A stretch of DNA of 63,807 nucleotides, filler included, from an uncultured Acidimicrobiia bacterium (GCA_964347285.1; 3 parts of 3 records of this genome joined end to end with filler, not necessarily neighbours in it); one strand, 5' to 3'; positions 38,170-49,238 are shown, counted from the whole stretch's first letter. Notes: generated from the letters alone by a model not told the origin. Translations and numbers: made by a program.

Positions 38170-39102
38170 TCAGCCGGCGGTCCGGCGATCGATCTGGTAG
38201 GAGGAGCCGGCCTGGCGCTTGGCGTACTCCTTCATCTCCGAGGCGATCGCCGATGCTTCCCACTCGCTGGTGATCTTGCGATGAGTGTTGGTGGCTACCC
38301 CCAGCGAGATCGACGACACCGGGAACGCGTGACGCTCCCCGCGACGGTCGGTGACCTCGATGTAGCCCTGGAGGGCGTCGGAGGTGTCGTAGAAGTCGAG
38401 GATTCCATCGTCGTAGATCGTCACGACCGCCTTGCAGAACTCCTCGACGTGATCGGGGTGGACCACCGCTACGAAATCGTCGCCGCCCACATGTCCGACG
38501 AAGACATCGGTATCCCCGCACTGGGCGGCCGCTTCGAGCAGCACGTGGGCGCTGAACTTGATCACGCTGTCGCCCCGCATGAAGCCGTAGTGATCGTTGA
38601 ACGCCTTGAAGTTGTCGAGGTCGGCATGAACGATGGCGAATGGTTCGGCTGCATCGACCCGCCGTTCGAGTTCGCGCGAGATGCGGAAGTTTCCGGGAAG
38701 GCCGGTCAGCGGCGAGAGATCCCGCATCGCCTGGGCCCGGCGCAACACCGTCTTGACACGGGCCACCAGCTCTTCGAGGTCGAAAGGCTTGGTGACGTAG
38801 TCGTCGGCTCCCAGCTCGAGACCCTTGACCCGGTCCTCAGCCAGCGCTTTGGCGGTGAGCAGGATCACCGGGACGTTCATCGTCGGCGGAGAGGTGCGAA
38901 GGCGCCGCAGCACGGTCAGGCCGTCCATCTCCGGCATCATCACATCGAGCAGCACCAGATCCGGCGGAGACTCTTTGGCCGCCTCGAGCCCGGCCGGGCC
39001 TCCTTCGGCGGTGCGGACGTCGAACCCCTCCAGCTCCAGGTTCATCCGAACGAACTGGAGAATGTCGGGATCGTCGTCGATGATGAGGACCTTGGCGTTC
39101 AT
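38170..39102 (-). CDS. Response regulator with GGDEF domain (REC-diguanylate cyclase)
   Basis: IIDDD, LLDVMMP, LTAK, KPF receiver; DLDNFKAFNDHYG, GHVGGDDF. Confidence 0.92.
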   Translation of the reverse strand: MNAKVLIIDDDPDILQFVRMNLELEGFDVRTAEGGPAGLEAAKESPPDLVLLDVMMPEMDGLTVLRRLRTSPPTMNVPVILLTAKALAEDRVKGLELGADDYVTKPFDLEELVARVKTVLRRAQAMRDLSPLTGLPGNFRISRELERRVDAAEPFAIVHADLDNFKAFNDHYGFMRGDSVIKFSAHVLLEAAAQCGDTDVFVGHVGGDDFVAVVHPDHVEEFCKAVVTIYDDGILDFYDTSDALQGYIEVTDRRGERHAFPVSSISLGVATNTHRKITSEWEASAIASEMKEYAKRQAGSSYQIDRRTAG

Positions 39103-39764
39103 GTCACATCGTCTATCGCAGCTCGCAGATCGGCCACCGCCGCGCCCGGATCAGGGGCGCCGAAGATCGCCGTTCCGGCAACAAACACGTCGGCGCCGGC
39201 CCGACGGGCCCGCTGGGCCGTTTCCGCCGTAATGCCACCATCCACCTGAATATCGGCACGATGACCCTTCGAGTCAATGAAATTCCTGGCCGTTTCGATT
39301 TTCGAGATCATCTCCGTCAGGAATTGCTGCCCGCCGTATCCCGGCTCGACGGTCATCACCAGGAGGAGGTCGCACAGCTCTATGAAAGGTGCGACGGCCT
39401 CGAAGGGGGTTCCCGGATTGAGGACGAGGCCGAACTCGAGGCCTGCGGCCCGGGCCGCGTCGGCCGCGTCGGTCGGATCCGGAAGAGCCTCGATGTGCAC
39501 CGTCACCAAGTCGGCGCCGGCCGCCCGAAATTCAGCGAGATAGGCATCCGGGTTGGTGGTCATCAAGTGACAATCGAATGGGAGCTTGGAGTGGGGTCTC
39601 AACGAGGCGATGACCGGCAGCCCCAATGAGAGGTTCGAGACGAAATGCCCGTCCATCACATCGATGTGGAGCAGATCGACGTAGGGCTCGACCCGGGCCA
39701 CTTCCTCGCCGAGGCGGGCGAAGTCGGCCGCCAGTATCGAAGGAGCGATCTTGGCCGGCTTCAC
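39099..39764 (-). CDS. rpe: Ribulose-phosphate 3-epimerase
   Basis: IAPSILAADF, HIDVMDGHFV, DCHLM, MTVEPGYGGQ, VDGGI. Confidence 0.96.
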   Translation of the reverse strand: MKPAKIAPSILAADFARLGEEVARVEPYVDLLHIDVMDGHFVSNLSLGLPVIASLRPHSKLPFDCHLMTTNPDAYLAEFRAAGADLVTVHIEALPDPTDAADAARAAGLEFGLVLNPGTPFEAVAPFIELCDLLLVMTVEPGYGGQQFLTEMISKIETARNFIDSKGHRADIQVDGGITAETAQRARRAGADVFVAGTAIFGAPDPGAAVADLRAAIDDVT

Positions 39765-39844
39765 GGGCGCCGAGTGTAAACGGGCCCTCCGGCCGAACCG
39801 ATCATCCCATCTAGGCTCCGTTCCCACCCAGCGAGCGAGGAGTC

Positions 39845-40642
39845 ATGAACCGCTATCGCGTCTCCGCCGAAGTCGACTTGTCACAGTGGGACCCCAACGA
39901 TTCGTCGCTGTTCGCAGGCGGCAAGAGGGAAGGTCGCGCCCATCTCACGATCCTCAACAAGCGCCTCGGCGAGCTGCAGCGCCTGCTGTGGGCAGAAGGC
40001 CGACACAAGGTGCTCGTGGTCCTGCAGGCTATGGACACGGGCGGCAAGGACGGCACGATCCGTCACGTGTTTCGGGGCGTCAATCCCCAGGGGGTGGTGG
40101 TGACCGGTTTCAAGGAACCCACTCCCGAGGAGCTGGCCCACGACTACCTGTGGCGGGTGCACGAACATACTCCGGGAGCGGGTCAGATCGCCATCTTCAA
40201 TCGCAGCCACTATGAGGATGTCTTGGTGGTACGAGTCCACGCCCTGGTGTCCGCAGAGCGTTGGCAGCCGCGCTACCGACACATCAACGAATTCGAGAGG
40301 ATGCTGGCCGAGGAAGGGACGACGATCGTCAAGTTCTTCCTCCACATCGATCTGGACGAACAACGCGATCGGCTCCAGGCCCGCCTCGAGGATCCCGCCA
40401 AGCGTTGGAAGTTCCGCGTCGGCGATCTCGACGAGCGGGCCCGCTGGAACGACTACGTGGCCGCCTACGAAGAGGCGCTGACCCGGACCAGCACCGAATG
40501 GGCCCCGTGGTACGTGGTACCGGCCAACCGCAAGTGGTATCGCAACCTCGTGGTCAGCACCGTGCTCATCGAAACCCTGGAAGGTCTGGGTATGCGCTAC
40601 CCCGAGCCCGAGGAAGATTTGTCGGGTGTGATCGTCGAGTGA
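39845..40642 (+). CDS. ppk2: Polyphosphate kinase 2 family (polyP:nucleotide phosphotransferase)
   Basis: LQAMDTGGKDG, HDYLWR, FNRSHYEDVL, KFFLHI, PWYVVPA. Confidence 0.94.
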   Translation: MNRYRVSAEVDLSQWDPNDSSLFAGGKREGRAHLTILNKRLGELQRLLWAEGRHKVLVVLQAMDTGGKDGTIRHVFRGVNPQGVVVTGFKEPTPEELAHDYLWRVHEHTPGAGQIAIFNRSHYEDVLVVRVHALVSAERWQPRYRHINEFERMLAEEGTTIVKFFLHIDLDEQRDRLQARLEDPAKRWKFRVGDLDERARWNDYVAAYEEALTRTSTEWAPWYVVPANRKWYRNLVVSTVLIETLEGLGMRYPEPEEDLSGVIVE

Positions 40643-40666
40643 CCCTGCCGGGCGAACCGGCCACCC

Positions 40667-41575
40667 TCACGACAGGGTCGCCGGTTCGCCGCGCCGCCCG
40701 TTGCCCCAAGCCCCACCGCTCATGACGCTGCGTCCGGCCTGCTGCACGACCGTCAGTTGAACGACCCCGGTGCCGGTCCCCATCAACAGTGCGCCGCCCA
40801 CCAGCTCGATCCGGCCGGGCGGCAGATCCGGGAGTGACGCCGCCTCGACTGCGCCGAGGACTCTGAATCGCTTCCCCTCGACCTCCCCCCACGCCCCCGG
40901 TGCAGGAGAGAAGGCCCGCACCGCCCGCACCACCTCCTCGGCCGGCCGGGCCGGATCGATTCGGGCCTCGGCAGGGTCGACCTTGGGCGCCGACGTCGCC
41001 CCATCTTCGGGTTGGGGAAGAGGAGTGATCTCGCCTCGGACGTAGGGGGCCAGGGTCGCTCCGAGGAGGTCGGCGCCCAGAAGAGAGAGGCGCTCGGTGA
41101 GGCGGCCCGCCGATTCTTGGGGATCGATCGGCGTTTCGACGCGGGAGAGAATGGGTCCGGTGTCCAGCCCCTCGTCCATTTCGATGAGTGTCACCCCGGT
41201 GTGGGCATCTCCAGCGAGGATGGTCCGGGCCACCGGGGCAGCTCCCCGCCACCGGGGCAGCAGTGAGAAGTGCACGTTTACGAACCCCTTCCGGGGGGCG
41301 CTCAGCAGCGCCGGCTTGATGATCTTGCCGTAGGCCGTGACCACGGCCGCCTCCAACTCGGTCGCCCGGTCGGCCAGCTCATCGGGCTCATCGGGCTGGA
41401 ATACGGGCAGGTCGAGACGTCGGGCCGCCTCCTTGACCGCAGAGGGCCGGGGCCGCCCCGATCGGCCTCGAGGGCGGTCCGGCCTGGTGACCACGAATCG
41501 GATTTCGGTTTCGGCCGCCAGCGTCTCGAGGGACGGGACGGCTGCCGGCGGCGTGCCGAAGAAGGCGGTCTGCAT
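40667..41575 (-). CDS. fmt: Methionyl-tRNA formyltransferase
   Basis: FFGTP, TRPDRPRGR, NVHFSLLPRWRGAAP, GLDTGP. Confidence 0.96.
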   Translation of the reverse strand: MQTAFFGTPPAAVPSLETLAAETEIRFVVTRPDRPRGRSGRPRPSAVKEAARRLDLPVFQPDEPDELADRATELEAAVVTAYGKIIKPALLSAPRKGFVNVHFSLLPRWRGAAPVARTILAGDAHTGVTLIEMDEGLDTGPILSRVETPIDPQESAGRLTERLSLLGADLLGATLAPYVRGEITPLPQPEDGATSAPKVDPAEARIDPARPAEEVVRAVRAFSPAPGAWGEVEGKRFRVLGAVEAASLPDLPPGRIELVGGALLMGTGTGVVQLTVVQQAGRSVMSGGAWGNGRRGEPATLS

Positions 41576-42078
41576 CACTCCCCGGTGGGCAGGCCCATCG
41601 CCTCGGTTCGGAGCTCCCGGAGTGCCTCCTTGCGGGCCCGGCGCGACAACCGCTCCAGGAGAAGTTTTCCCTCCAGGTGGTCGACTTCGTGCTGAAGCAC
41701 CCTCCCGAGCAGCTCGTCGCCGGCGAGCTCGACCGACTCGCCGTCGCGATCGAGTCCTCGCGCCCGGGCGAATGCGGGCCGGGCGATCGGCCAGAATTTG
41801 TCGGGGATCGACAGGCATCCCTCCTCGTATTCCCACGACCCCGAGGTTTCCACCAGCTCGGGATTGACCATCGCCTTGGGTCCCTCGCCTACGTCGAAGA
41901 CGATGACCCTCTTCGAAACGCCGATCTGCGGCGCGGCCAGGCCCACCCCGGGAGCGTCGTACATGGTCTCGAGCATGTCGTCGATGAGACGGCGCACGGC
42001 GTCGTCCACGACCGCGACGGGTTCGGCTACGGTGCGCAGCACCGCATCGCCCAGGGTGCGGATGGGGAAGATCGCCAC
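41575..42078 (-). CDS. def: Peptide deformylase
   Basis: GVGLAAPQIG, EGCLS, QHEVDHLEG. Confidence 0.97.
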   Translation of the reverse strand: MAIFPIRTLGDAVLRTVAEPVAVVDDAVRRLIDDMLETMYDAPGVGLAAPQIGVSKRVIVFDVGEGPKAMVNPELVETSGSWEYEEGCLSIPDKFWPIARPAFARARGLDRDGESVELAGDELLGRVLQHEVDHLEGKLLLERLSRRARKEALRELRTEAMGLPTGE

Positions 42079-42146
42079 GTCGCCGGAGCATAGTGAGCAC
42101 GGCCGGACGGGTATCGTGCCGGCCGATCCCGGTCCCGGAGCGTGCC

Positions 42147-42734
42147 ATGAAGCTGCTGAAGCGTTACGCCTTGCCTGCTGCCGCCGTCCTCCTGGCCGGC
42201 GGCCTCATCACGATCCTCGTCTTCCATCTGGATACCCGCCGTCGTCTCGACGATCTGGAGGAGGCGGTGACGCCGATCGCGGTGAGTTTCGCTGCCCTTC
42301 AGGGAGTAGCCGGCCCGGTCGTCGACGATGTGGCGGCCGGTCTCGCCGAGTTCCGCACGTCCACACTCTCATTCGAGGTCACGGTCGACGAGACCCTTCC
42401 GGTGGATGTAGAGATCCCCTTCCGGCGCACACTCCAAATCCCGATCGAGGAGGTCATTTCCATCGACGAGGAGTTCGAGACCACGGTCACCATCCAGGGT
42501 CCGTTCGGAGTCGACATCCCACTCGACGTCCGCATCCCGGTCCAAATCGATGTACCCCTGTCCCTGACCGTGCCCATCGAGATCGACGAAACGGTGCCGA
42601 TTCAGGCCGAGGTGCCCATTCGGCTCGATGTACCGGTCGAGGTGAGCATTGCCGGGACGGAGCTGGCCGATCTGATCGAGAGACTCGAGGAGGCGGTCCG
42701 CTCGGCGAGCCAATTTCTGGGCGGTTCTTCCTAG
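42147..42734 (+). CDS. Membrane-anchored hypothetical protein with long amphipathic beta-repeat region
   Basis: N-terminal TM, helix, about 95 aa of alternating V/I/L with periodic Pro, C-terminal helix. Confidence 0.75.
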   Translation: MKLLKRYALPAAAVLLAGGLITILVFHLDTRRRLDDLEEAVTPIAVSFAALQGVAGPVVDDVAAGLAEFRTSTLSFEVTVDETLPVDVEIPFRRTLQIPIEEVISIDEEFETTVTIQGPFGVDIPLDVRIPVQIDVPLSLTVPIEIDETVPIQAEVPIRLDVPVEVSIAGTELADLIERLEEAVRSASQFLGGSS

Positions 42735-43043
42735 GCCTCGGCCGGGGCGGCGGGACTCCAACGTGTCCCACTGCCGGCCCCCATCACCAGGAGGGCGGTG
42801 GCCGGTCGACCGCTCGGCTACGTCCTAGCCGGGAGCCGGAGGTCGTGGCTATCCAGACCAGCGAGCACGTCGGGTGGCAATCGCCGCCGGTGGCGGTTAC
42901 GCTGCGTTGCATCGGGCGACAGGGGACCCGGGGAGGCGGCCGACGGGCGTCGACCGCATCCGGTCGGGAAGGCCTTGCGTTCCGCATCGAGGAGAGCGAC
43001 GCGCCTGGGAGAGGGCGCGGGCAGGAGGAAAGGAGGCCACGAA

Positions 43044-44460
43044 GTGGTATCTCGTCTCAAAGCGACGTGGTCGCTGCTGGCGGTCTTGGCGATGGCAGCC
43101 GCATTGCTGCCGAGCGCAGCCGCCGCCAGCGGCCACGGATTCATGACCAGCGATCCGGCCCTGGTGACCCTGAACGTCCAAGGCGGAAAGGTCACGCCGA
43201 TCATCAGCGTCGGCGAAACGGTCGACGAGGTGATGTTCGAGGGGATTCCCGACGGCATCGGGCTGGCACCCGACGACGACGGCGACCCCGACTCGAAGGG
43301 CCGCCGCGGCCAACGCCCCGCCACCGTGGACGTCTACGTGTCCCACGAGCAGTCGACGGTTCCCTTCCGCAGCGAGCGTGACTTCACCGACGCCTCGGTG
43401 ACCAGGTGGACGCTGGACACCCGCACCGGACGGGTGCTGAGCGCCGAGGTGGCGATCTCGGCGGACAACGGCTTCCTGCGGTTCTGCTCGGCATCGATGG
43501 CCACCCCTGCCGACGGGTTCGACACCCACGTCTACTTCGCCAACGAAGAGACCAACGACGTCGTTCCCGTGCCCGCCGGCGCCCCCTACGAGCCGGACCC
43601 GGCGACGGCGCCCGACCGGCAGGGCGGCTATGTGGTGGCGCTCGACACGGCGACCGGGGATTTCGCCCCCATCGCCGGCATGGGGCGCCACAACCACGAG
43701 AACACGGTGGCGGTGCCGGGGTACGACGATCTCGTGCTGCTGTCGACCGATGACACGTTCACCGCGACCACATCGCAGCTGTACCTGTACCTCGCCGCCG
43801 ACCAGGACGCCATGTTCGCCGACGAGGGGACCCTGTATGCCTTCCGGGTGACCCACAAGAACGGGGCGCCGGTCGTTGCGATCGACCCATTCAACGATGC
43901 CAACGACTACCTGGACCTCGGGGTCGACGACGAGATGAGCGGCGAGTTCATCCCCGTGCCCGACGACATCGCCCGGGGCACCACGCCCGACCGGCCGCAG
44001 GACGCGCTGGAGGAGTGGTCGATCGTCAACAACGTGTTCACGTTCGTCCGGCTCGAAGATCTGGCGGTCGACAAGAACGACCGGCGGGTGGTCTACGTGG
44101 CCGACACCGGAGCCAGCCGGGTGAAGCCCGACGCGGCGACCGGCCGGCTGAATCGCGATCCCGGTCCCGGCTTCGCCGACAACGGGCGCATGTTCAAGTT
44201 CGTGTTCGACGCCGACAACCCGCTGGCGGTGGACAGCTTCACCGTGCTCGCCGACGGAGACGCGCCGGCCGATCACCCGAAGTTCGTCGGCTTCACGTCA
44301 CCGGACAACATCGACACGAGCAAGAAGAGCCTGATGGTGCAGGAGGACGCCGACTTCGCCCAGATCTGGCAGCACAAGTTCAGCAACGGCGCCTGGACAG
44401 CGGTCGCCGACGTGGTCGACACCGGCGGCGAGTCGTCGGGGATCGTGGACGCCTCGACGT
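43044..44460 (+). CDS. Secreted PhoX/DUF839-like alkaline phosphatase, cut by contig end
   Basis: Signal peptide, PDG, HE, RFCSA, NEE, GRHNHEN, RLED, PDN, QED, GESSG; AAGGAGG SD. Confidence 0.8.
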
Positions 44461-44560
44461 NNNNNNNNNNNNNNNNNNNNNNNNNNNNNNNNNNNNNNNN
44501 NNNNTTAATTAATTAANNNNNNNNNNNNNNNNNNNNNNNNNNNNNNNNNNNNNNNNNNNN
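44461..44560. other. Artificial contig linker
   Basis: N-run with TTAATTAATTAA. Confidence 0.98.
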
Positions 44561-44792
44561 CTCCGGATTGCACGGCCTTGGACACCGCCAGGGTCATGCC
44601 CCGGTCCTTGAAGGAGCCGGTGGGGTTGAGCCCTTCGAACTTGAGGAAAACCGGTCGACCCGCCTCATCGGAAAGGGTCGCAGCCGGAATCAGCGGGGTG
44701 TTGCCCTCCAGCAGCGTGACCACCGGGGTCTCGTCGTCCACGGGAAGGCGTTCCCGGAACGCCTCGATGACACCCGGCCAGGGAGCGCTCAC
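44561..44792 (-). CDS. thrC: Threonine synthase, N-terminal part (contig edge)
   Basis: [29 protein letters not shown] overlap with hom. Confidence 0.93.
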
Positions 44793-46084
44793 ACCTCGTC
44801 GCTCTCCACCCGGATCACCGCCGCCACCTTCTTCACCACCGAAAGGCCCTCCAACGACTCGACAGCCTTGCGCTGCCGAGCCTCCGGAGCGCCGTGGGTG
44901 ACCATGAGCACGGTGGCCTCTTCTCCCAGTCCCTCCTGCCACACCGATTTGATGCTGACCTCGGCGGCACCGAAGGCCGCAGCAATCTGGGCCAGGACAC
45001 CGGGGGCGTCCACCACATGCAGGCGCACGTACCACTTGGTGCTCACCTCGCTGAAATCGAGGATCTCGCCGGGAGAGAAGCGCACCCTTGGCGCCGCATG
45101 TGACCCCGATAGCAGCTCACGAGCGGCATCGATGACGTCGCCGAGGACGGCGGTGGCAGTGGGCTCTCCACCCGCTCCAGGGCCGGCGAACAGCAGCTCA
45201 TCGACCCAGGGACCCTCGACGAAGATGGCATTCGTTGCTCCCCGGATGGCCGCCAGGGGATGGCCGAGACGGACCATCGCCGGATGCACGCGAGCACTGA
45301 CTCCGGACCCGGTGCGCTCGGCGATCGCCAGCAGCTTGACGACGTAGCCCAGCTGATCGGCGAACTCGATGTCGATCGGCTCGAGATCCTCGATGCCCTC
45401 CCGGTAGATACGCTCACTGGGTACCCAAGTCCCAAAGGCCAGACTGGCCAGAATGGCCGCTTTGGCTGCGGCGTCGCCTCCACTCACGTCGGCGCTGGGG
45501 TCGGGCTCGGCATAACCCAGCTCCTGGGCCTCGGCCAGGGCCGCTGCGTAATCGGCCCCCGCCTCGCTCATCTGGGTGAGGATGAAGTTGGTGGTCCCGT
45601 TCACGATGCCCAGCACCTTGGTCACCTGCTCGCCGGCCAGCGTCTCGGCCAGGGGCCGGATGATCGGGATTCCGCCGCCCACGGCCGCCTCGAACAGCAG
45701 CGGCACCCCCGACTCTCCGGCAGCGGCTATGAGCTCGGGGCCTCGCAGCGCCACCAGCTCCTTGTTTGCCGTCACCACCGGCTTGCCCGCTCGAAGCGCT
45801 CTCAGGACCAGCTCGCCGGCCGGTTCGGTGCCTCCCATGACCTCGACGACCAGCCGTACGCCCGGATCGTCGATCACCTGCCCCGGGTCATCGGTGAGCA
45901 CTCCTGGGGGAACCGCGAATGAACGGGTCTTGCCGGCGGTGCGCACCGCGACCCGCCTCACCTCGAGATCGAGACCGGTTTTGGCTGCAATCGAGGCGCG
46001 TTCGTCGACCAATCGCCTGATCACGGAGCCTCCGACGGTACCTGCGCCGAGGATTCCGACGCCGACTGAGCTGCTGGCGGACAT
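44789..46084 (-). CDS. hom: Homoserine dehydrogenase with ACT domain
   Basis: [36 protein letters not shown]. Confidence 0.96.
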   Translation of the reverse strand: MSASSSVGVGILGAGTVGGSVIRRLVDERASIAAKTGLDLEVRRVAVRTAGKTRSFAVPPGVLTDDPGQVIDDPGVRLVVEVMGGTEPAGELVLRALRAGKPVVTANKELVALRGPELIAAAGESGVPLLFEAAVGGGIPIIRPLAETLAGEQVTKVLGIVNGTTNFILTQMSEAGADYAAALAEAQELGYAEPDPSADVSGGDAAAKAAILASLAFGTWVPSERIYREGIEDLEPIDIEFADQLGYVVKLLAIAERTGSGVSARVHPAMVRLGHPLAAIRGATNAIFVEGPWVDELLFAGPGAGGEPTATAVLGDVIDAARELLSGSHAAPRVRFSPGEILDFSEVSTKWYVRLHVVDAPGVLAQIAAAFGAAEVSIKSVWQEGLGEEATVLMVTHGAPEARQRKAVESLEGLSVVKKVAAVIRVESDEV

Positions 46085-46200
46085 GGTGCGGCGATGGTAC
46101 CGGCGGCAACGGGCCTCACGTTGTCGGGGCTCGGTCGTCGACCGTCAGCGGGGCAGACCGAGCGAAGAGTTCCTGCCTCGAGACCTCATCCTGCCCAGCC

Positions 46201-47868
46201 TCACATCTCCTCCGGGGCGGAGATGCCGAGTATGTGCAGCACCGCCAGCAGGGTGTTCTTGGCCGCTTCGACCAGCCAGAGGCGGGCCTGGGTGGTCTCG
46301 ACGGGGATCGGCCGCCCGCCGCTCTCGCCGATGACACGCACGTCGGTGTAGAACTTGTGGAAGGCGCCGGCCAGCTCGTGGCCGTAGGCAACGACCCGGT
46401 GAGGAGCCCGGCGCAGGGCCGCCTCCTCCACTTCCTCGGGGAGCCGGTCGATGTGACGAAGCAGTTCTATTTCGGCGGCATGGGCCAGCAGCGAGAGATC
46501 GGCTTCTTCGAGTGGTCCCCTGCCAACCTCTCGAGCGGCGGCGAACCGCTCCAGGCTGGCTACCCGGGCGTGAGCGTATTGGAGGTAGTACACGGGGTTG
46601 TCCATCGACCGCTTCTTGGCCACGTCGAGGTCGAAGCTCACCGCAGTGTCTGGGCTGTAGGCGGAGAGGAAGTAGCGGGTGGCGTCGCGGCCAACCTCCT
46701 CAAGCACCTCGCGGAACGAGACGAACTCACCGGCCCGCGTCGACATCTTCACCTCTTCACCGCCCCGCAGCACCTTGACGAGCTGGGTGATGATGATCTC
46801 CAGCGTGTCGGGGTCTCTACCGAATGCTCCTACCGCCGCCTTGATTCGCGGCACGTAGCCGTGGTGGTCGGCCCCCCAGATGTTGACGAGGGTTTCATAG
46901 CCCCGGGAGTACTTGTCGTAGTGGTAGGCGATGTCGGGGGTGATGTAGGTGAAGCTGCCGTCGCCCTTGATCAACACGCGATCCTTCTCGTCGCCGAAGT
47001 CGGTCGTCTTGAACCAGGTGGCCCCCTCCGACTCGTACACGTAGCCGAGGTCCCGCATCGCCTCGAGGGCCCGGGCCACCTCGCCCCGCTCCACCACCCA
47101 TCGCTCTCGGAACCACTCGTCGTCGCCGAAGTGAACACCCGCCATCTCGAGCGTCTCGCTGATGTCACGCAGCGCCCGCCCGAGGCCCCATGCCCTGACC
47201 GCTTCGAGGTCACCGACGAGATCGGCCCCTCGCTCCTCGGCCAGCTCCCGTCCCCAGTCCTCCAGGTATCGGCCCCGGTAGCCCTCCCCGGGAAGGTCGG
47301 CTTCCCGGCCTAGGGCCTGGAGATAGCGGGAATGGAGGCTGGCAACGTAGAGATCGATCTGGGTGCCCGCGTCGTTGAGGTAATACTCCCGGCCCACGGC
47401 AAAACCGGCGTAGCCGAGCAGATTGCACAAGGCGTCACCGAGCACCGCGCCCCGCCCATGGCCGATGTGGAGGGGCCCGGTGGGGTTCGACGAGACGAAC
47501 TCCACCAAAACCCGCGATCCGGCGCCCAGTTCGCTGCGGCCCCAGTCGGGGCCGCCGGCCGCGTTTCGCAGCACCTCTTCCAGCCAGGAGTGGGCGAGGT
47601 GGAAGTTGAGAAAACCGGGCCCGGCCACTTCGACCCGGGCCACGTGGGGAACGGCGGGCAGGTGGCGTGCCAGGATCTCGGCGATTTCACGGGGCGACCT
47701 GCCGGCCGGCTTGGCCGCGGCCAGGGCGAGATTCGAGGCCCAGTCGCCGTGCTCGTGCTCCCGGGGCCGTTCCACTTCCACCGGAACGTCGACGACCGGC
47801 AGCTCGCCGGCAGCAGCTGCTCCAGTGAGCGCCGTCTGGAGTGCGTCGATGAGGGCAGCCGGAAACAT
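46201..47868 (-). CDS. argS: Arginine--tRNA ligase
   Basis: GPGFLN, SSNPTGPLHIGH, GADHHGY, KMSTRAG, YLQYAHAR, APEEM. Confidence 0.97.
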   Translation of the reverse strand: MFPAALIDALQTALTGAAAAGELPVVDVPVEVERPREHEHGDWASNLALAAAKPAGRSPREIAEILARHLPAVPHVARVEVAGPGFLNFHLAHSWLEEVLRNAAGGPDWGRSELGAGSRVLVEFVSSNPTGPLHIGHGRGAVLGDALCNLLGYAGFAVGREYYLNDAGTQIDLYVASLHSRYLQALGREADLPGEGYRGRYLEDWGRELAEERGADLVGDLEAVRAWGLGRALRDISETLEMAGVHFGDDEWFRERWVVERGEVARALEAMRDLGYVYESEGATWFKTTDFGDEKDRVLIKGDGSFTYITPDIAYHYDKYSRGYETLVNIWGADHHGYVPRIKAAVGAFGRDPDTLEIIITQLVKVLRGGEEVKMSTRAGEFVSFREVLEEVGRDATRYFLSAYSPDTAVSFDLDVAKKRSMDNPVYYLQYAHARVASLERFAAAREVGRGPLEEADLSLLAHAAEIELLRHIDRLPEEVEEAALRRAPHRVVAYGHELAGAFHKFYTDVRVIGESGGRPIPVETTQARLWLVEAAKNTLLAVLHILGISAPEEM

Positions 47869-47971
47869 CGGGCGATGGTACGGCATCGGCCGTCGCCGGG
47901 AGCGGCGATCACGGATCTCCCCACCGCCGGGGCAGGGGCCGCCGCTCGGCCCACGAGTACCATGACCGTCG

Positions 47972-48043
<72 letters not shown>

Positions 48044-48287
48044 CCCTTCGCACGCCCAGAACCGGCGGCTACCCGGTCTGTGCACTCGCCGGCTCCGGCA
48101 TCTCGTGAACGACTCCCCCGGCTCCCGTCCGGGGAGCCGGCCCGGCCCATCCACGCCCCCGCCCCGAGAGGCCGACCAATCACGATTTGCCGGGTATTCG
48201 CCACGACACAGACCGCCGCGTCCCGTACAATCCCTTTTCGCGATCTGTCGGTACTTGTCTTCTCTCTCCTGGTGTTGGTGATCCGAT

Positions 48288-49070
48288 ATGCGAGCCATCT
48301 GGAAAGGCGCCATCTCCTTCGGCCTGGTGACGATCCCGGTGGGCCTGTACACGGCCACAGAGAACAAACGGCCCAAGTTCCGCCAGCTGCGCGACGAAGA
48401 CCACAGCCTGATCCGCTACAAGCGGGTAGCCGACCGGGACGGCCAGGAAGTGCCCTACGAGAACATCGTCAAGGGCTACGAGATCGACAAGGGCCGCTAC
48501 GTGGTGTTCAGCGACGAGGAGCTGGAAGCCGTGGGCAAAGGCATCGCCGGCACCGTGGAGGTGGTCCAGTTCGTCGATGCCGCCGAGATCGATCCCATCT
48601 ACTACCGGGCCTCCTACTACTTGGCCCCCGAGAAGGCCGGGCTCAAGGCATACAAGATCCTCCTCGAGGCGTTGCGTGACAAGGACGTGGTCGGGCTGGC
48701 CCGGGTTGCCATCCGGGAGCGAGAGTACATCGCAACCGTGCGAGCGGAGGAGGACGTCATCGTCATGGAGACGATGTTTTGGCCCGATGAGATTCGCGAG
48801 CCCCGCTTCGACCTCCTCGAGGAGGAGGTCGAGGTCACCGCCGAAGAGCGGAAAATGGCGGAGATGATCATCGACAACCTCACCGCCTCATTCGATCCGT
48901 CGATGTGGCAGGACGAATCCCGGGAGGCCGTCGAGGCCATGGCACAGCAGAAGCTCGAGGGGGAGGAAGTGGTGGTTCCGGAGGCACCCCAGCCCACCGG
49001 CGTTGTCGACCTCATGGATGCCCTCAAGGCCTCGGTCGAGGCGACCAAGGCCAAGAGGGCCGCCGGCTAG
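48288..49070 (+). CDS. ku: Non-homologous end-joining protein Ku
   Basis: MRAIWKGAISFGLVTIPV, IVKGYE, IDPIYY, VVDLMDALKAS. Confidence 0.96.
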   Translation: MRAIWKGAISFGLVTIPVGLYTATENKRPKFRQLRDEDHSLIRYKRVADRDGQEVPYENIVKGYEIDKGRYVVFSDEELEAVGKGIAGTVEVVQFVDAAEIDPIYYRASYYLAPEKAGLKAYKILLEALRDKDVVGLARVAIREREYIATVRAEEDVIVMETMFWPDEIREPRFDLLEEEVEVTAEERKMAEMIIDNLTASFDPSMWQDESREAVEAMAQQKLEGEEVVVPEAPQPTGVVDLMDALKASVEATKAKRAAG

Positions 49071-49207
49071 CCGCGCCGGCGCTGATTCGTCTGCTCGCCC
49101 TCGGCCTGCTCCAGCACCCGTAGCTGTTCGACGACGCGTATCGCCACCAAGACGAGCACCAGCGTCGTGGCGGTGGCGAAGGCCTGGGCGATGTCGAGAA
49201 ACGACAT
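49067..49207 (-). CDS. Small single-TM hypothetical protein
   Basis: 46-aa ORF with one hydrophobic helix downstream of the ligase gene. Confidence 0.4.
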   Translation of the reverse strand: MSFLDIAQAFATATTLVLVLVAIRVVEQLRVLEQAEGEQTNQRRRG

Positions 49208-49238
49208 GGCGTTCCATCGGGTCGACGCCGGTCCTGCT

